Of a stretch of DNA of 64,000 nucleotides, positions 28,114 through 37,270 are shown one piece after another (the stretch's first letter is position 1; every line of letters starts with the position of its first letter). Origin of the DNA: an uncultured Gammaproteobacteria bacterium (GTDB lineage Bacteria; Pseudomonadota; Gammaproteobacteria; Xanthomonadales; Xanthomonadaceae); NCBI GenBank assembly GCA_966096795.1, contig CBHTVR010000011.1, forward strand, positions 324-64,323, given 5' to 3'. The position numbers and the translations under genes were made by a program. The notes below the pieces were generated by a model. It saw only the letters and a list, made by a program, of their open reading frames with translations, was not told where the DNA came from and did no database searches.

Positions 28114-30021
28114 TCAGGCCCCCGGGGCATACTCGGCGCGGAGCCGTTCGGCGAAGGCCTCGGGCGTCATTGTGCCCAAATCCTCGCCACTGCGGGAGCG
28201 CACGGCCACCAGGCCCTGTTCGCGCTCCCGGTCACCGGCCACCAGCAGATACGGAACCCGCTGCAGGGTGTGTTCGCGGATTTTATAGCCGATCTTCTCG
28301 TTGCGCAAATCGCTGGCGACCCGGAAGCCTTGATTTGCAAGGGATTTCTGGACGGAAGCGACGTATTCGGCCTGGGCGTCGGTGATGTTCATGGCCACCG
28401 CCTGCACCGGCGCCAGCCAGCTCGGCAGGCTGCCGGCGTGGGATTCGATAAGAATGCCGATGAAGCGCTCCATCGAGCCGACGATGGCCCGGTGCAGCAT
28501 GACCGGGTGCTTTCGCGCGGAATGCTCGTCCACGTACTCGGCACCCAGGCGCTCGGGCATCATGAAATCGACCTGCATCGTGCCCACCTGCCAGCTGCGG
28601 CCGATGGAATCGCGCATGTGGTATTCGATTTTCGGACCGTAAAAGGCACCCTCGCCCGGCAGCTCCTGCCATTCGACATCGCAGGCCTTCAAGGCGGCGC
28701 GCAGCGCGCCTTCGGCCTTGTCCCAGGTTTCGTCGGCGCCGAGGCGCTTTTCCGGGCGCAGCGCGATCTTCAGCGAGATGTCGCTGAAACCGAAGTCCGA
28801 ATAGACCTTCATCGCCTGCTTGTGGAAGGCCGTCACCTCGGATTCGATCTGGTCTTCGGTGCAGAAGATGTGGCCGTCGTCCTGCGTGAACGAACGCACG
28901 CGCATGATGCCGTGCAGCGCGCCGCTGGGCTCATTGCGATGGCAGCTGCCAAACTCGCCGTAGCGGATCGGCAGGTCGCGGTAGCTGTGCAGGCCGTGGT
29001 TGTACACCTGCACGTGGCCTGGGCAGTTCATCGGCTTCACCGCGTACGTGCGCTTCTCCGATTCGGTGAAGAACATGTTTTCCTGGTAGTTGTCCCAGTG
29101 GCCGGACTTCTTCCACAGCGACACGTCCAGAATCTGCGGGCAGCGCACTTCCTGGTAGCCGGACTCGCGGTACACCTTGCGCATGTACTGCTCGACCACC
29201 TGCCACAGCGCCCAGCCCTTCGGGTGCCAGAACACCATGCCCGGGGCTTCTTCCTGCTGGTGGAACAGGTCCAGGGCCTTGCCGATCTTGCGGTGGTCGC
29301 GCTTCTCGGCTTCCTCGATCTGGAACAGGTAGGCCTTCAGGTCCTTGTCGTTCAACCAGGCCGTGCCGTAGATGCGGCTGAGCATGGCGTTGTCGGAATT
29401 GCCGCGCCAATAGGCGCCGGCCACCTTCATCAGCTTGAAGGCGCGCAGCTTGTCGGTGCCTGGCACGTGCGGGCCGCGGCAGAGGTCGGTGAACTCGCCC
29501 TGCGTGTACAGCGACAGTTCTTCGTTGGCAGGAATCGATTCGATGATTTCCGCCTTGTAGTGCTCGCCCCAGGACTTGAACAGGGCCACGGCGTCATCGC
29601 GCGACTTCACCCAGCGCGTCACCGGCAGCGCTTCCTTGACGATCTTCTGCATCTCTTCCTCGATGCGCGCCAGGTCGTCCACCGTGAACTGCCGCTCGTA
29701 GGCGAAGTCGTAGTAGAAGCCGTTGTCGATCACCGGGCCGATGGTGACCTGCGCGCCGGGAAACAGGCGCTGCACGGCCTGGGCCAGCAGGTGGGCGGTG
29801 GAGTGGCGCAGGATTTCCAGCGCGTCGGGATGCTTCTCGGTGACGATTTCCAGCGCGCTGTCGTGGCCGATGCGGTAGCTGGTGTCCACCAGCTTGCCGT
29901 CCACCTTGCCGGCGAGCGCGGCTTTCGCCAGGCCCGGGCCAATGGACGCAGCCACTTCGGCCACGGAAACGGGAAGTTCGAACGGGCGCTGGCTGCCGTC
30001 GGGAAGCGTGATGTTGACCAT
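28114..30021 (-). CDS. thrS: threonine--tRNA ligase (635 aa)
   Basis: Trimmed to the ATG at 30021 ([46 protein letters not shown]), which matches the canonical ThrRS TGS-domain N-terminus. Confidence 0.95.
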   Translation of the reverse strand: MVNITLPDGSQRPFELPVSVAEVAASIGPGLAKAALAGKVDGKLVDTSYRIGHDSALEIVTEKHPDALEILRHSTAHLLAQAVQRLFPGAQVTIGPVIDNGFYYDFAYERQFTVDDLARIEEEMQKIVKEALPVTRWVKSRDDAVALFKSWGEHYKAEIIESIPANEELSLYTQGEFTDLCRGPHVPGTDKLRAFKLMKVAGAYWRGNSDNAMLSRIYGTAWLNDKDLKAYLFQIEEAEKRDHRKIGKALDLFHQQEEAPGMVFWHPKGWALWQVVEQYMRKVYRESGYQEVRCPQILDVSLWKKSGHWDNYQENMFFTESEKRTYAVKPMNCPGHVQVYNHGLHSYRDLPIRYGEFGSCHRNEPSGALHGIMRVRSFTQDDGHIFCTEDQIESEVTAFHKQAMKVYSDFGFSDISLKIALRPEKRLGADETWDKAEGALRAALKACDVEWQELPGEGAFYGPKIEYHMRDSIGRSWQVGTMQVDFMMPERLGAEYVDEHSARKHPVMLHRAIVGSMERFIGILIESHAGSLPSWLAPVQAVAMNITDAQAEYVASVQKSLANQGFRVASDLRNEKIGYKIREHTLQRVPYLLVAGDREREQGLVAVRSRSGEDLGTMTPEAFAERLRAEYAPGA

Positions 30022-30052
30022 GGTCTGGGCTTCGATGCTCGGATTCGGGGCG

Positions 30053-30077
30053 AAAAAAAAGGACGCCATGCGTCCTT
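30053..30077 (-). terminator. intrinsic terminator-like hairpin between tRNA-Val and thrS
   Basis: The minus-strand RNA AAGGACGC-AUG-GCGUCCUU is followed by U8. The U run ends 31 nt before the thrS ATG. Confidence 0.75.
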
Positions 30078-30204
30078 CGCGGGTGCGAGGCGCTGGCAGT
30101 CTTAGCGGCGGCGAGTGCTAGTGCTCATGTCGCACACGTGGCGGCGGTTTCCCGACGCATCCTTCTGCCTGAAACGAAATTCCGGGTCACGCCGTGGTAA
30201 GGCG

Positions 30205-30279
30205 TGGTGGGCGGTACAGGTTTCGAACCTGTGACCCCTACCATGTCAAGGTAGTGCTCTACCGCTGAGCTAACCGCCC
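30205..30279 (-). tRNA. tRNA-Val (anticodon GAC)
   Basis: The reverse complement GGGCGGTTAGCTCAGCGGTAGAGCACTACCTTGACATGGTAGGGGTCACAGGTTCGAAACCTGTACCGCCCACCA gives a 75-nt cloverleaf. The anticodon loop is TTGACAT. Confidence 0.93.
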
Positions 30280-30377
30280 GGTAGGGGGCGAATTGTAGGC
30301 GGACGGCGGCCGCGAGGCAATCCTGCACCCGGGGCGCGGGCCGGCGTTATCATGCGCGCAGACCCTTCGGACTGCCC

Positions 30378-31022
30378 ATGCTCTCGCTTCCAGACCACCC
30401 GGCGATCGACAAACAGGCCCTCATCGGCGGCTGCACGCGCCTGGGCCTGCGCGTGGACGCGGAGCGGCTGCGGGCCGAGATTGAAGCGCTTCCCGCCGAA
30501 GCCTGGGGCGACCGGGGCGGCGGCAGGATAGGCGTGCACAAGCCGGCCGAAGCGATTTTCCTGCGCGGACATGCGCCCGCTGACGGCGAACTGCCGGTCG
30601 AAGACCGTCCCGTGCTGGACCAGCTTCCCTACGCCCGGGAGTTGATCGAGCAGCTCGTACCGGCGACGCCGCTGCGTTGCCTCGTCGCCCGGCTGGCGGC
30701 CGGCGCCCTGATCTATCCGCATCGCGACGAGCCCGACTACTTCGCGAAGACCATTCGCCTGCACATCCCTGTCATCACCGATCCTTCGGTCGCCATGATG
30801 GCCCAGGGCCTGGCCTATACGATGCGGCCAGGCGAAGTTTGGGCGCTCAACAATTCCAATGTGCATGCCGTGCTCAATGGCTGGGATCGCCCGCGAACCC
30901 ATCTGATCTGCGATTTCCTTCCCTCGCCGGACCTGTGCGCGCTGCTGCAGGCGGGCGAGAGAAACCTCGGCCGGCACGATGTCGCGGTGCTGGCGCGCAT
31001 CGGCGCCAGCCTGGCGGGATGA
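30378..31022 (+). CDS. aspartyl/asparaginyl beta-hydroxylase-family (cupin) protein (214 aa)
   Basis: IYPHRDEPDYFAKTIRLHIPVITD and WALNNSNVHAVLN fit the Asp_Arg_Hydrox pattern (H-x-D ... H). Confidence 0.8.
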   Translation: MLSLPDHPAIDKQALIGGCTRLGLRVDAERLRAEIEALPAEAWGDRGGGRIGVHKPAEAIFLRGHAPADGELPVEDRPVLDQLPYARELIEQLVPATPLRCLVARLAAGALIYPHRDEPDYFAKTIRLHIPVITDPSVAMMAQGLAYTMRPGEVWALNNSNVHAVLNGWDRPRTHLICDFLPSPDLCALLQAGERNLGRHDVAVLARIGASLAG

Positions 31023-31723
31023 TCCTCACCGAACGCTTCGCCTTCCTGCATCTGCACAAGTCGGGTGGGACCTTCGTCAACCGCGCGCTGCTCGAACACG
31101 TGCCGGGCGCGCGTCGCGTGGGCTATCACCTGCCGCGCGCGGATATTCCGGTGGAGTCGCGTTCGCTACCGGTGCTCGGTACGGTGCGCAATCCCTGGGA
31201 CTACTACGTGTCCTGGTGTGCCTTTCAATCGGGCCTTCCGCAACCGAATGCGGTGTTTCGAGTCGTCAGCCACGGTGGCCGGCTCGGGTTCGAAGCCACA
31301 CTTTCCAACCTCGTGCGCCTGGGCGAAGACGCGTCCCTGTTCGATGCCGTGCAGTCGGCGCTTCCGGAGACCCGGCCGGGCAACGGTCTGAATCTCTCGC
31401 GAGCGGACCTGGCCCCGCTGCGGGGCAGTGGCGTCGGCTTCTATTCGTTCCTGTACGCCAGGCTGTTCCGCCCGGGCGACAGCCTGGTGAAGGTTGATGC
31501 GCTGCGTGAGCGCTTGCCGGCGGCACTGGAGTCGCTCGGCGAGCCGTTGACCCCGGCACTACGCCAATACATCGCCACCGCGCCACCGGTGAACGCCAGT
31601 GCCCACGGCCACTACAGCGGCTATTACGGACCTGCTGCGCGCGATCTCGTTGGACGCCTGGACTCGGCGCTGATCGCGGCGCACCAATTCAGCTTTGCAG
31701 CGGGCACACCCGCCAAAAACTAA
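31019..31723 (+). CDS. sulfotransferase-family protein (234 aa)
   Basis: ORF 30677..31723 trimmed to the ATG at 31019, which overlaps the upstream TGA (ATGA). The 5'-PSB-like motif is [12 protein letters not shown], followed by [11 protein letters not shown]. Confidence 0.7.
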   Translation: MILTERFAFLHLHKSGGTFVNRALLEHVPGARRVGYHLPRADIPVESRSLPVLGTVRNPWDYYVSWCAFQSGLPQPNAVFRVVSHGGRLGFEATLSNLVRLGEDASLFDAVQSALPETRPGNGLNLSRADLAPLRGSGVGFYSFLYARLFRPGDSLVKVDALRERLPAALESLGEPLTPALRQYIATAPPVNASAHGHYSGYYGPAARDLVGRLDSALIAAHQFSFAAGTPAKN

Positions 31724-33741
31724 CCCGCGATGGACTGGGATCGAACCCGGACGAGTTCGTCGCGGACCTGTGCCGCCTGTTCGAATTCTAGGTCACGGGC
31801 GTGCTGGTACATCTTCGCCTCGAGCTGCTTTATTCGTGCCGCGAGCTTGGCCGGATCGAGCAAGGAGTAGTCGCCGCCCTCCTCCGCCACCACGCCCAGG
31901 CGACCACGCCCGCGCTTGCCTGGCTCGGGCGCGCTGCTGCGGGCACCCTCCATCACGTCCATCACTTCGCGTCGGACACTGGTCGGCACGATGCCGTGCT
32001 TGAGGTTGTAGTCCACCTGGATCTGCCGGCGGCGGTCGGTTTCATCAATCGCCGCGCGCATCGAATTGGTGATGCGGTCGGCGTACAGGATGGCCCTGCC
32101 GCGGACATTGCGGGCGCAACGGCCGATGGTCTGGATAAGCGAGCCGGTCGAGCGCAGGAAGCCTTCCTTGTCGGCATCCAGGATCGCCACCAGCGACACC
32201 TCGGGCATGTCCAGGCCTTCGCGCAGCAGGTTGATGCCCACCAGCACGTCGAACTTGCCCAGGCGCAGGTCGCGGATGATTTCGACACGCTCGACGGTTT
32301 CGATATCCGAGTGCAGGTAGCGCACCCGGATGCCGTGCTCGCCGAGGTAGTCGGTGAGGTTTTCGGCCATGCGCTTGGTCAGCGTGGTCACCAGCACGCG
32401 GTCGCCCATGGCGGTGCGCAGGTTGATCTCGGACAACAGGTCGTCCACCTGCGTGCCGACCGGGCGGATTTCCACTTCCGGATCCACCAGGCCGGTCGGG
32501 CGCACCAGCAGCTCGACGATTTCGCCGGCGGAATGCTCGTATTCGTACTTGCCCGGCGTGGCGGAGACGAAAATCGCGCGCGGCGAGCGGCGTTCCCATT
32601 CCTCGAACTTCAGCGGCCGGTTGTCCAGGGCGCTGGGCAGGCGAAAGCCGAATTGCACCAGGGTTTCCTTGCGCGAACGGTCGCCCTTGTACATGGCGCC
32701 GAGCTGCGGAATGGTCACGTGCGATTCGTCCACGACCAATAGCGCATCTGGCGGCAGGTAGTCGTACAGGCAGGGCGGCGGCTCGCCGGGCATGTGTCCG
32801 GTCAGGTGGCGCGAGTAGTTTTCGATGCCGCTGCAGAAACCCACCTCGGCCATCATCTCGATGTCGAACTGGGTGCGCTGGGCCAGGCGCTGGGCTTCGA
32901 CCAGCTTGTTCTCGCGGTAGAAGTATTCCAGGCGCTCGCGCAGCTCGTCCTTGATGGTATTGATGGCGTCGAGCACGGTGCGCCGCGTGGTCACGTAGTG
33001 CGACTTCGGGTACAGGGTGTAGCGCGGCAGTTTGCGGTAGACCTCGCCAGTCAGCGGGTCGAACAGCGACAGGTTCTCGATCTCGCCGTCGAACAGCTCG
33101 ATGCGCAGGGCCTCGATCTCGGACTCGGCCGGGTGCACGTCAATCACCTCGCCGCGCACGCGGTAGGTGGCGCGCCGCAGCTCGGTGTCGTTGCGGGTGT
33201 ACTGCATCTCGGTGAGGCGGCGCAGCAACTCGCGCTGGTCGAGCTTGTCGCCGCGCACCAGGTGCAGGACCATGCGGAAATATTCGTTCGGGTCGCCCAG
33301 GCCGTAAATGGACGAAACCGTGGCCACGATGATGGCATCGCGGCGCTCGAGCAGGGCCTTGGTGGCCGACATGCGCATCTGCTCGATGTGCTCGTTGATG
33401 CTCGAGTCCTTCTCGATGAAGGTGTCGCTGGCCGCGACATAGGCTTCGGGCTGGTAGTAGTCGTAGTAGCTGACGAAATATTCCACCGCGTTGTGCGGGA
33501 AGAAGCTCTTGAACTCGCCGTACAGCTGCGCCGCCAGGGTCTTGTTCGGCGCCAGCACCAGGGTCGGCTTCTGCACCTGCTGGATGACGTTAGCGATGGT
33601 GTAGGTCTTGCCGGAGCCGGTCACGCCCAGCAGGGTCTGGTGCGCAATGCCGGACTCGAACCCGGCCACCAGGCGGCGAATCGCCTCCGGCTGGTCGCCG
33701 GCGGGCTCGAAGGGGGCAGCAATCTCGAAACGGTCGGCCAT
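31720..33741 (-). CDS. uvrB: excinuclease ABC subunit B (673 aa)
   Basis: Trimmed to the ATG at 33741 ([21 protein letters not shown]...). Walker A is [10 protein letters not shown], and the C-terminal UVR domain is [24 protein letters not shown]. Confidence 0.95.
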   Translation of the reverse strand: MADRFEIAAPFEPAGDQPEAIRRLVAGFESGIAHQTLLGVTGSGKTYTIANVIQQVQKPTLVLAPNKTLAAQLYGEFKSFFPHNAVEYFVSYYDYYQPEAYVAASDTFIEKDSSINEHIEQMRMSATKALLERRDAIIVATVSSIYGLGDPNEYFRMVLHLVRGDKLDQRELLRRLTEMQYTRNDTELRRATYRVRGEVIDVHPAESEIEALRIELFDGEIENLSLFDPLTGEVYRKLPRYTLYPKSHYVTTRRTVLDAINTIKDELRERLEYFYRENKLVEAQRLAQRTQFDIEMMAEVGFCSGIENYSRHLTGHMPGEPPPCLYDYLPPDALLVVDESHVTIPQLGAMYKGDRSRKETLVQFGFRLPSALDNRPLKFEEWERRSPRAIFVSATPGKYEYEHSAGEIVELLVRPTGLVDPEVEIRPVGTQVDDLLSEINLRTAMGDRVLVTTLTKRMAENLTDYLGEHGIRVRYLHSDIETVERVEIIRDLRLGKFDVLVGINLLREGLDMPEVSLVAILDADKEGFLRSTGSLIQTIGRCARNVRGRAILYADRITNSMRAAIDETDRRRQIQVDYNLKHGIVPTSVRREVMDVMEGARSSAPEPGKRGRGRLGVVAEEGGDYSLLDPAKLAARIKQLEAKMYQHARDLEFEQAAQVRDELVRVRSQSIAG

Positions 33742-33896
33742 GGGGGGCGGCTGGGCTCCGTGCAATCTTCCAGTATAGCGCCGCCGGATTTTCCCGACCC
33801 CGGGTTGCGGCTTGGATGACGGCAGAACCGGCTGCTTTCGGATGCCTGCGCAGACCCTGGCCTGCAAGTCTTGAGCCTCCCCCTGGAGCTGCCAGC

Positions 33897-34430
33897 ATGA
33901 ACCCCGCGCGCGGATGGACCCTGATCGAGTTGCTCATTGCGCTGGCGATTGCCAGCCTGCTATTCGGCCTGGCCCTGCCTGCCTTCAGCGGGGGGCTCGA
34001 GGCGGCGCGGGCCAGCGATGCCCGCGCGCAGCTGGAGCTCAGCCTGGCCTCTGCGAGCAACCACGCGGCGATCACCGGCGTGCGGGGTGTGCTCTGCCCC
34101 AGCAGTGATGGCCGGCGTTGCGATGCAAGCCCGGACTGGAGCGCAGGCTGGCTGGTGTTCCTCGATAACAATGCCAATCGCGAAATAGAGGGTGGCGAGC
34201 GCGTGCTGAAGGTTCAGCCCGCCCTGGAAGGCCGTGTCCGCCTCCGCACCACGGCCGGTCGTACCCGGATCGTGTTCCAGGGCAATGGCGGCAATGCCGG
34301 GAGCAATGCCACTTTCACGCTTTGCGATGGACGCGGGCCGGCCAAGGCCCGGGCGCTGATCATGGGCAATGCCGGCACATTGCGCGATGGCGCGGCTACC
34401 GCAGCGAACCTCGCACTGACCTGCCCTTAG
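33897..34430 (+). CDS. fimT: GspH/FimT-family type IV minor pilin (177 aa)
   Basis: Trimmed to the ATG at 33897. The prepilin N-terminus is [30 protein letters not shown], with W at +1 instead of the usual F/M. A GspH-like body follows. Confidence 0.7.
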   Translation: MNPARGWTLIELLIALAIASLLFGLALPAFSGGLEAARASDARAQLELSLASASNHAAITGVRGVLCPSSDGRRCDASPDWSAGWLVFLDNNANREIEGGERVLKVQPALEGRVRLRTTAGRTRIVFQGNGGNAGSNATFTLCDGRGPAKARALIMGNAGTLRDGAATAANLALTCP

Positions 34431-34510
34431 CGATCTGATGCCGATTTCGACAAGAGAGTCTGGAATTCGCGGTTGACGGGGGCCGGGTGGTAGCCGAAAA
34501 TGCGCGTCCC

Positions 34511-34587
34511 GCCCGAATAGCTCAGCCGGTTAGAGCACTTGACTGTTAATCAGGGGGTCGTTGGTTCGAGTCCAACTTCGGGCGCCA
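34511..34587 (+). tRNA. tRNA-Asn (anticodon GTT)
   Basis: GCCCGAATAGCTCAGCCGGTTAGAGCACTTGACTGTTAATCAGGGGGTCGTTGGTTCGAGTCCAACTTCGGGCGCCA, 77 nt. The anticodon loop is CTGTTAA. Confidence 0.93.
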
Positions 34588-34595
34588 GAAATATC

Positions 34596-34630
34596 AAGGG
34601 CTTGCGAGAAATCGCAGGCCCTTTGTTTTT
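34596..34630 (+). terminator. intrinsic terminator after tRNA-Asn
   Basis: 12-bp stem aagggcttgcga/tcgcaggccctt with a gaaa loop, followed by tgttttt. Confidence 0.8.
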
Positions 34631-34715
34631 GGCCTGGCCCGAGGGCCAGATCCCGCCACGGATGGCGGGTGAAAGAGACTTTCAGCGGCGCGGGCTGGGA
34701 ATTGGGTGGCGCTGG

Positions 34716-34746
34716 TAAAACAAGGCCCGCCGAAGCGGGCCTTGTC
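34716..34746 (-). terminator. intrinsic terminator after the giant PilV-like gene
   Basis: Stem caaggcccgc/gcgggccttg with a cgaa loop. A short T run follows on the minus strand, 22 nt after the stop at 34768. Confidence 0.65.
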
Positions 34747-34767
34747 CGGATGCAAAAGCCTCCGCCC

Positions 34768-37260
34768 TCAGGGCACGGTAGACGGGCACGAGGTGGTGTA
34801 GGTCGAGCTCCACTTCGGCGTCTTCGGCGTGCCGCTGTTGCAGCTGCCGTTGCCCGGATACGCCTTCGCCGTGCCATTGGCATTCAGGTATGTTGCCCAG
34901 TTCGTGGGGCAGCGGTAAGTCGGACCAGTAAAGGTAACCGCAACCGTCGTCGCATTGGCAACGCCTGCCACAGTGAATGTGGTGCACTCGCCGCCATTGT
35001 TGGCACAGCTGGCACCCGCCTGGTCCGCGTTCACAACGGTGAATCCGGTGGTGATGGGCGATCCCCCGTTGACCGTGTAACTGGCCACGTCGTAGTTCAG
35101 CACGTACGACATCGGCGTGTTCGAGCTGCCGTTGTCACAGGCGTTGGGCACCGACTTGTCCGGGCTACCAGCGCGGTTGTAGTTGGACAGGCGGAGTGGC
35201 ACCCCGGCCGGGAGGGTAATGTCGGCCGCAGGTGGCGAACAATCGAAGTTGCCAGTGTTGGTGCTGGTCGTGTGGTCGCCGCACGCCGGGTTGGCACTTC
35301 CGCCGTTACCGATCAGCATATTGGTCGCGACCTTGTTGCCGCCGCTCCCGTTCGAGGCGCTCGGGAACACTCCACCGACCAACGGGGCAACCCAATTTAC
35401 GTAGAACGTACCGTTGCCGACGACCGCCGCGTTGAGGCCGACGATGAACGGTTGCGTATCGACCATCGAGTACATGCTTCCGGAGTAGGCATTGGCCGGC
35501 ATCACCGGCTTGGCAATGGCCAGACCAGCGCTCGTGCCCTGGATGGTGGTCGTTCCGGTCACCGGCGATCCAGCGATGCCCGCGACGTAGTTGGCCTTGC
35601 CGGACGCCGGGAATGAATAGTCGATCGACTCGGACAGGTCAGTCAGTTCGTGGACATCAATCTTGGTTGCGTCACTCGAGGTCCACTTTGCCAGTTCGGT
35701 GGCGTTGATCGACGTAAAGGGAAGCAACTTGAGCACGTTCGTCTGCAAGGTGGCGGCCGGGCAGCTATTGGCCACCAGCGCATTCTGCGCGGCGCACTCT
35801 GCCTTGGCCTGGGCAATTGCAGCGATCGCATCGGCGCTCAGGTAGTCGATAAGCAGGCCGCGGCTATGCAGGTACTGCGGGCGCGTAGCTGTATCGATGG
35901 TCGCTGTCGTTGGTGTCTGCAGTGCCGAATACCCGGTGATCGTGGTGGGATCGACGACCGTATTGTAGGCGGTGTTATCGACAAACCGGTTCTTCAAATA
36001 GTTCAGCACAAAGGTCTGGTAGGCGGTCTGGGTAGCGGTGCCGGGGACCATGTCGGTGACTACAGCGGCCGCAGTAGAGTTCGCGATGCTTGGGGTCGCA
36101 AGCAGCCCATAGTGGTCGTCATACGGCTCGGATGCGACGTGAAAGACGCCATCCACGCGAATCAGGCGGCAGGCCTCATTGTAGTCGCCAGTGGTCACTG
36201 CATTGGCCAGGTCGCTATTGAGATAGTGGCTGTGCGTGGACCGGCGTGGGTCGAACTTCTCACCCGCCACACCGGAGGGATCCTGATGGTCGCGGCAGCA
36301 GATGGTGCACTGGTCGCTTTGCGTCACGTTCTTTGCGGTCGATACCGGAATGTTCGCCGACGTGGTGGGAACAGTGTATTGGAACCCGTTCCAGAAGGTC
36401 GGTCGCGCCGCGGACTGCGTACCCGTGCCGAAGGTGCAGGTGCAGCCAACCACGGATGTCTCGACGCGGGACTGGGCAATGGCGGAGGTTTGGGTGAGGC
36501 CCACATAAGTGTAGACGTCGAAACGCGTCTCGACCGTTGTCGAGTTCTGCCCTTGGCTGACAATAATCGGTCGCGGGTTGGTCGCGGCCGTGTCGCTGCC
36601 GTTACCGATCGCAATCGGAATCACGCCAGCAACACTGGCAGGATTGGTGACGATGGCCTGCGCCTTGCGTGCCGTGGCGCCCTTGGTGGTCTTCGCCACC
36701 GCAGCGCTGTCTGCAGGATTGATCGCGGCGACCGCGTCCTCCAGATAGACATTCCGATCCGTACCGGTGGGATCGACCCAGTGCACGGTCACTTCGATGC
36801 GCTTGAATTCCTTGCCCGCCAGGTAAGTGACGGGCGAGGTCAGCAGGGTGGAGTCAAGTGCAGTATCGGTACCCTGAAGCCAGAAACCCTGGTGCAAGGC
36901 TGACTTGTCATACACATAGCGCCTGACCACCGCACTTCGTTCAAAACTCACGCCGCCGACCACGATGGTCTGGGCCGCGACATCCGTAATCGCCCGATAG
37001 CAGGTATTGGTGGTGTTCCCGAACGGTGTCACGCACGCGCTGTCGTCACCACCGGTCTTCTGGAAAGACAACATCTGCTCGATCATCTGCTTGCCCAAGC
37101 CGGCCGCAACCGACTGGGCTTTCGTGTCCGCCGAAGACCGGTACAGGCTCAGCTGCAGGGAGGCAAGCGCCAACAAGCCAACCGACATGATGACGACGGC
37201 AACGAGGACCTCGATCAGGCTGAACCCTCGGGGCGAAAGGCGTGAAGTGCGAAAATTCAT
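34768..37260 (-). CDS. giant PilV-like type IV minor pilin (830 aa)
   Basis: Trimmed to the ATG at 37260. The N-terminus MNFRTSRLSPRG|FSLIEVLVAVVIMSVGLLALASLQ is a class III (prepilin) signal of PilV type. About 790 further residues are Thr/Ala/Gly/Asn-rich with Cys clusters (CTCTFGTG, QCTICCRDHQD, C-terminal CANNGGEC...CPTNW...CNSG...CPS). Confidence 0.75.
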   Translation of the reverse strand: MNFRTSRLSPRGFSLIEVLVAVVIMSVGLLALASLQLSLYRSSADTKAQSVAAGLGKQMIEQMLSFQKTGGDDSACVTPFGNTTNTCYRAITDVAAQTIVVGGVSFERSAVVRRYVYDKSALHQGFWLQGTDTALDSTLLTSPVTYLAGKEFKRIEVTVHWVDPTGTDRNVYLEDAVAAINPADSAAVAKTTKGATARKAQAIVTNPASVAGVIPIAIGNGSDTAATNPRPIIVSQGQNSTTVETRFDVYTYVGLTQTSAIAQSRVETSVVGCTCTFGTGTQSAARPTFWNGFQYTVPTTSANIPVSTAKNVTQSDQCTICCRDHQDPSGVAGEKFDPRRSTHSHYLNSDLANAVTTGDYNEACRLIRVDGVFHVASEPYDDHYGLLATPSIANSTAAAVVTDMVPGTATQTAYQTFVLNYLKNRFVDNTAYNTVVDPTTITGYSALQTPTTATIDTATRPQYLHSRGLLIDYLSADAIAAIAQAKAECAAQNALVANSCPAATLQTNVLKLLPFTSINATELAKWTSSDATKIDVHELTDLSESIDYSFPASGKANYVAGIAGSPVTGTTTIQGTSAGLAIAKPVMPANAYSGSMYSMVDTQPFIVGLNAAVVGNGTFYVNWVAPLVGGVFPSASNGSGGNKVATNMLIGNGGSANPACGDHTTSTNTGNFDCSPPAADITLPAGVPLRLSNYNRAGSPDKSVPNACDNGSSNTPMSYVLNYDVASYTVNGGSPITTGFTVVNADQAGASCANNGGECTTFTVAGVANATTVAVTFTGPTYRCPTNWATYLNANGTAKAYPGNGSCNSGTPKTPKWSSTYTTSCPSTVP

Positions 37261-37270
37261 GGGAAGGTCC

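Noticed and set aside
30053-30077. thrS operator mimicking the tRNA-Thr anticodon arm
   Set aside because: The hairpin loop is AUG/CAUGG with no xGU Thr anticodon, and it is followed by U8. It looks like a terminator, not the E. coli-type operator.
27415-30105. 896-aa ORF on the plus strand
   Set aside because: It is antisense to infC and thrS. It is a high-GC artefact.
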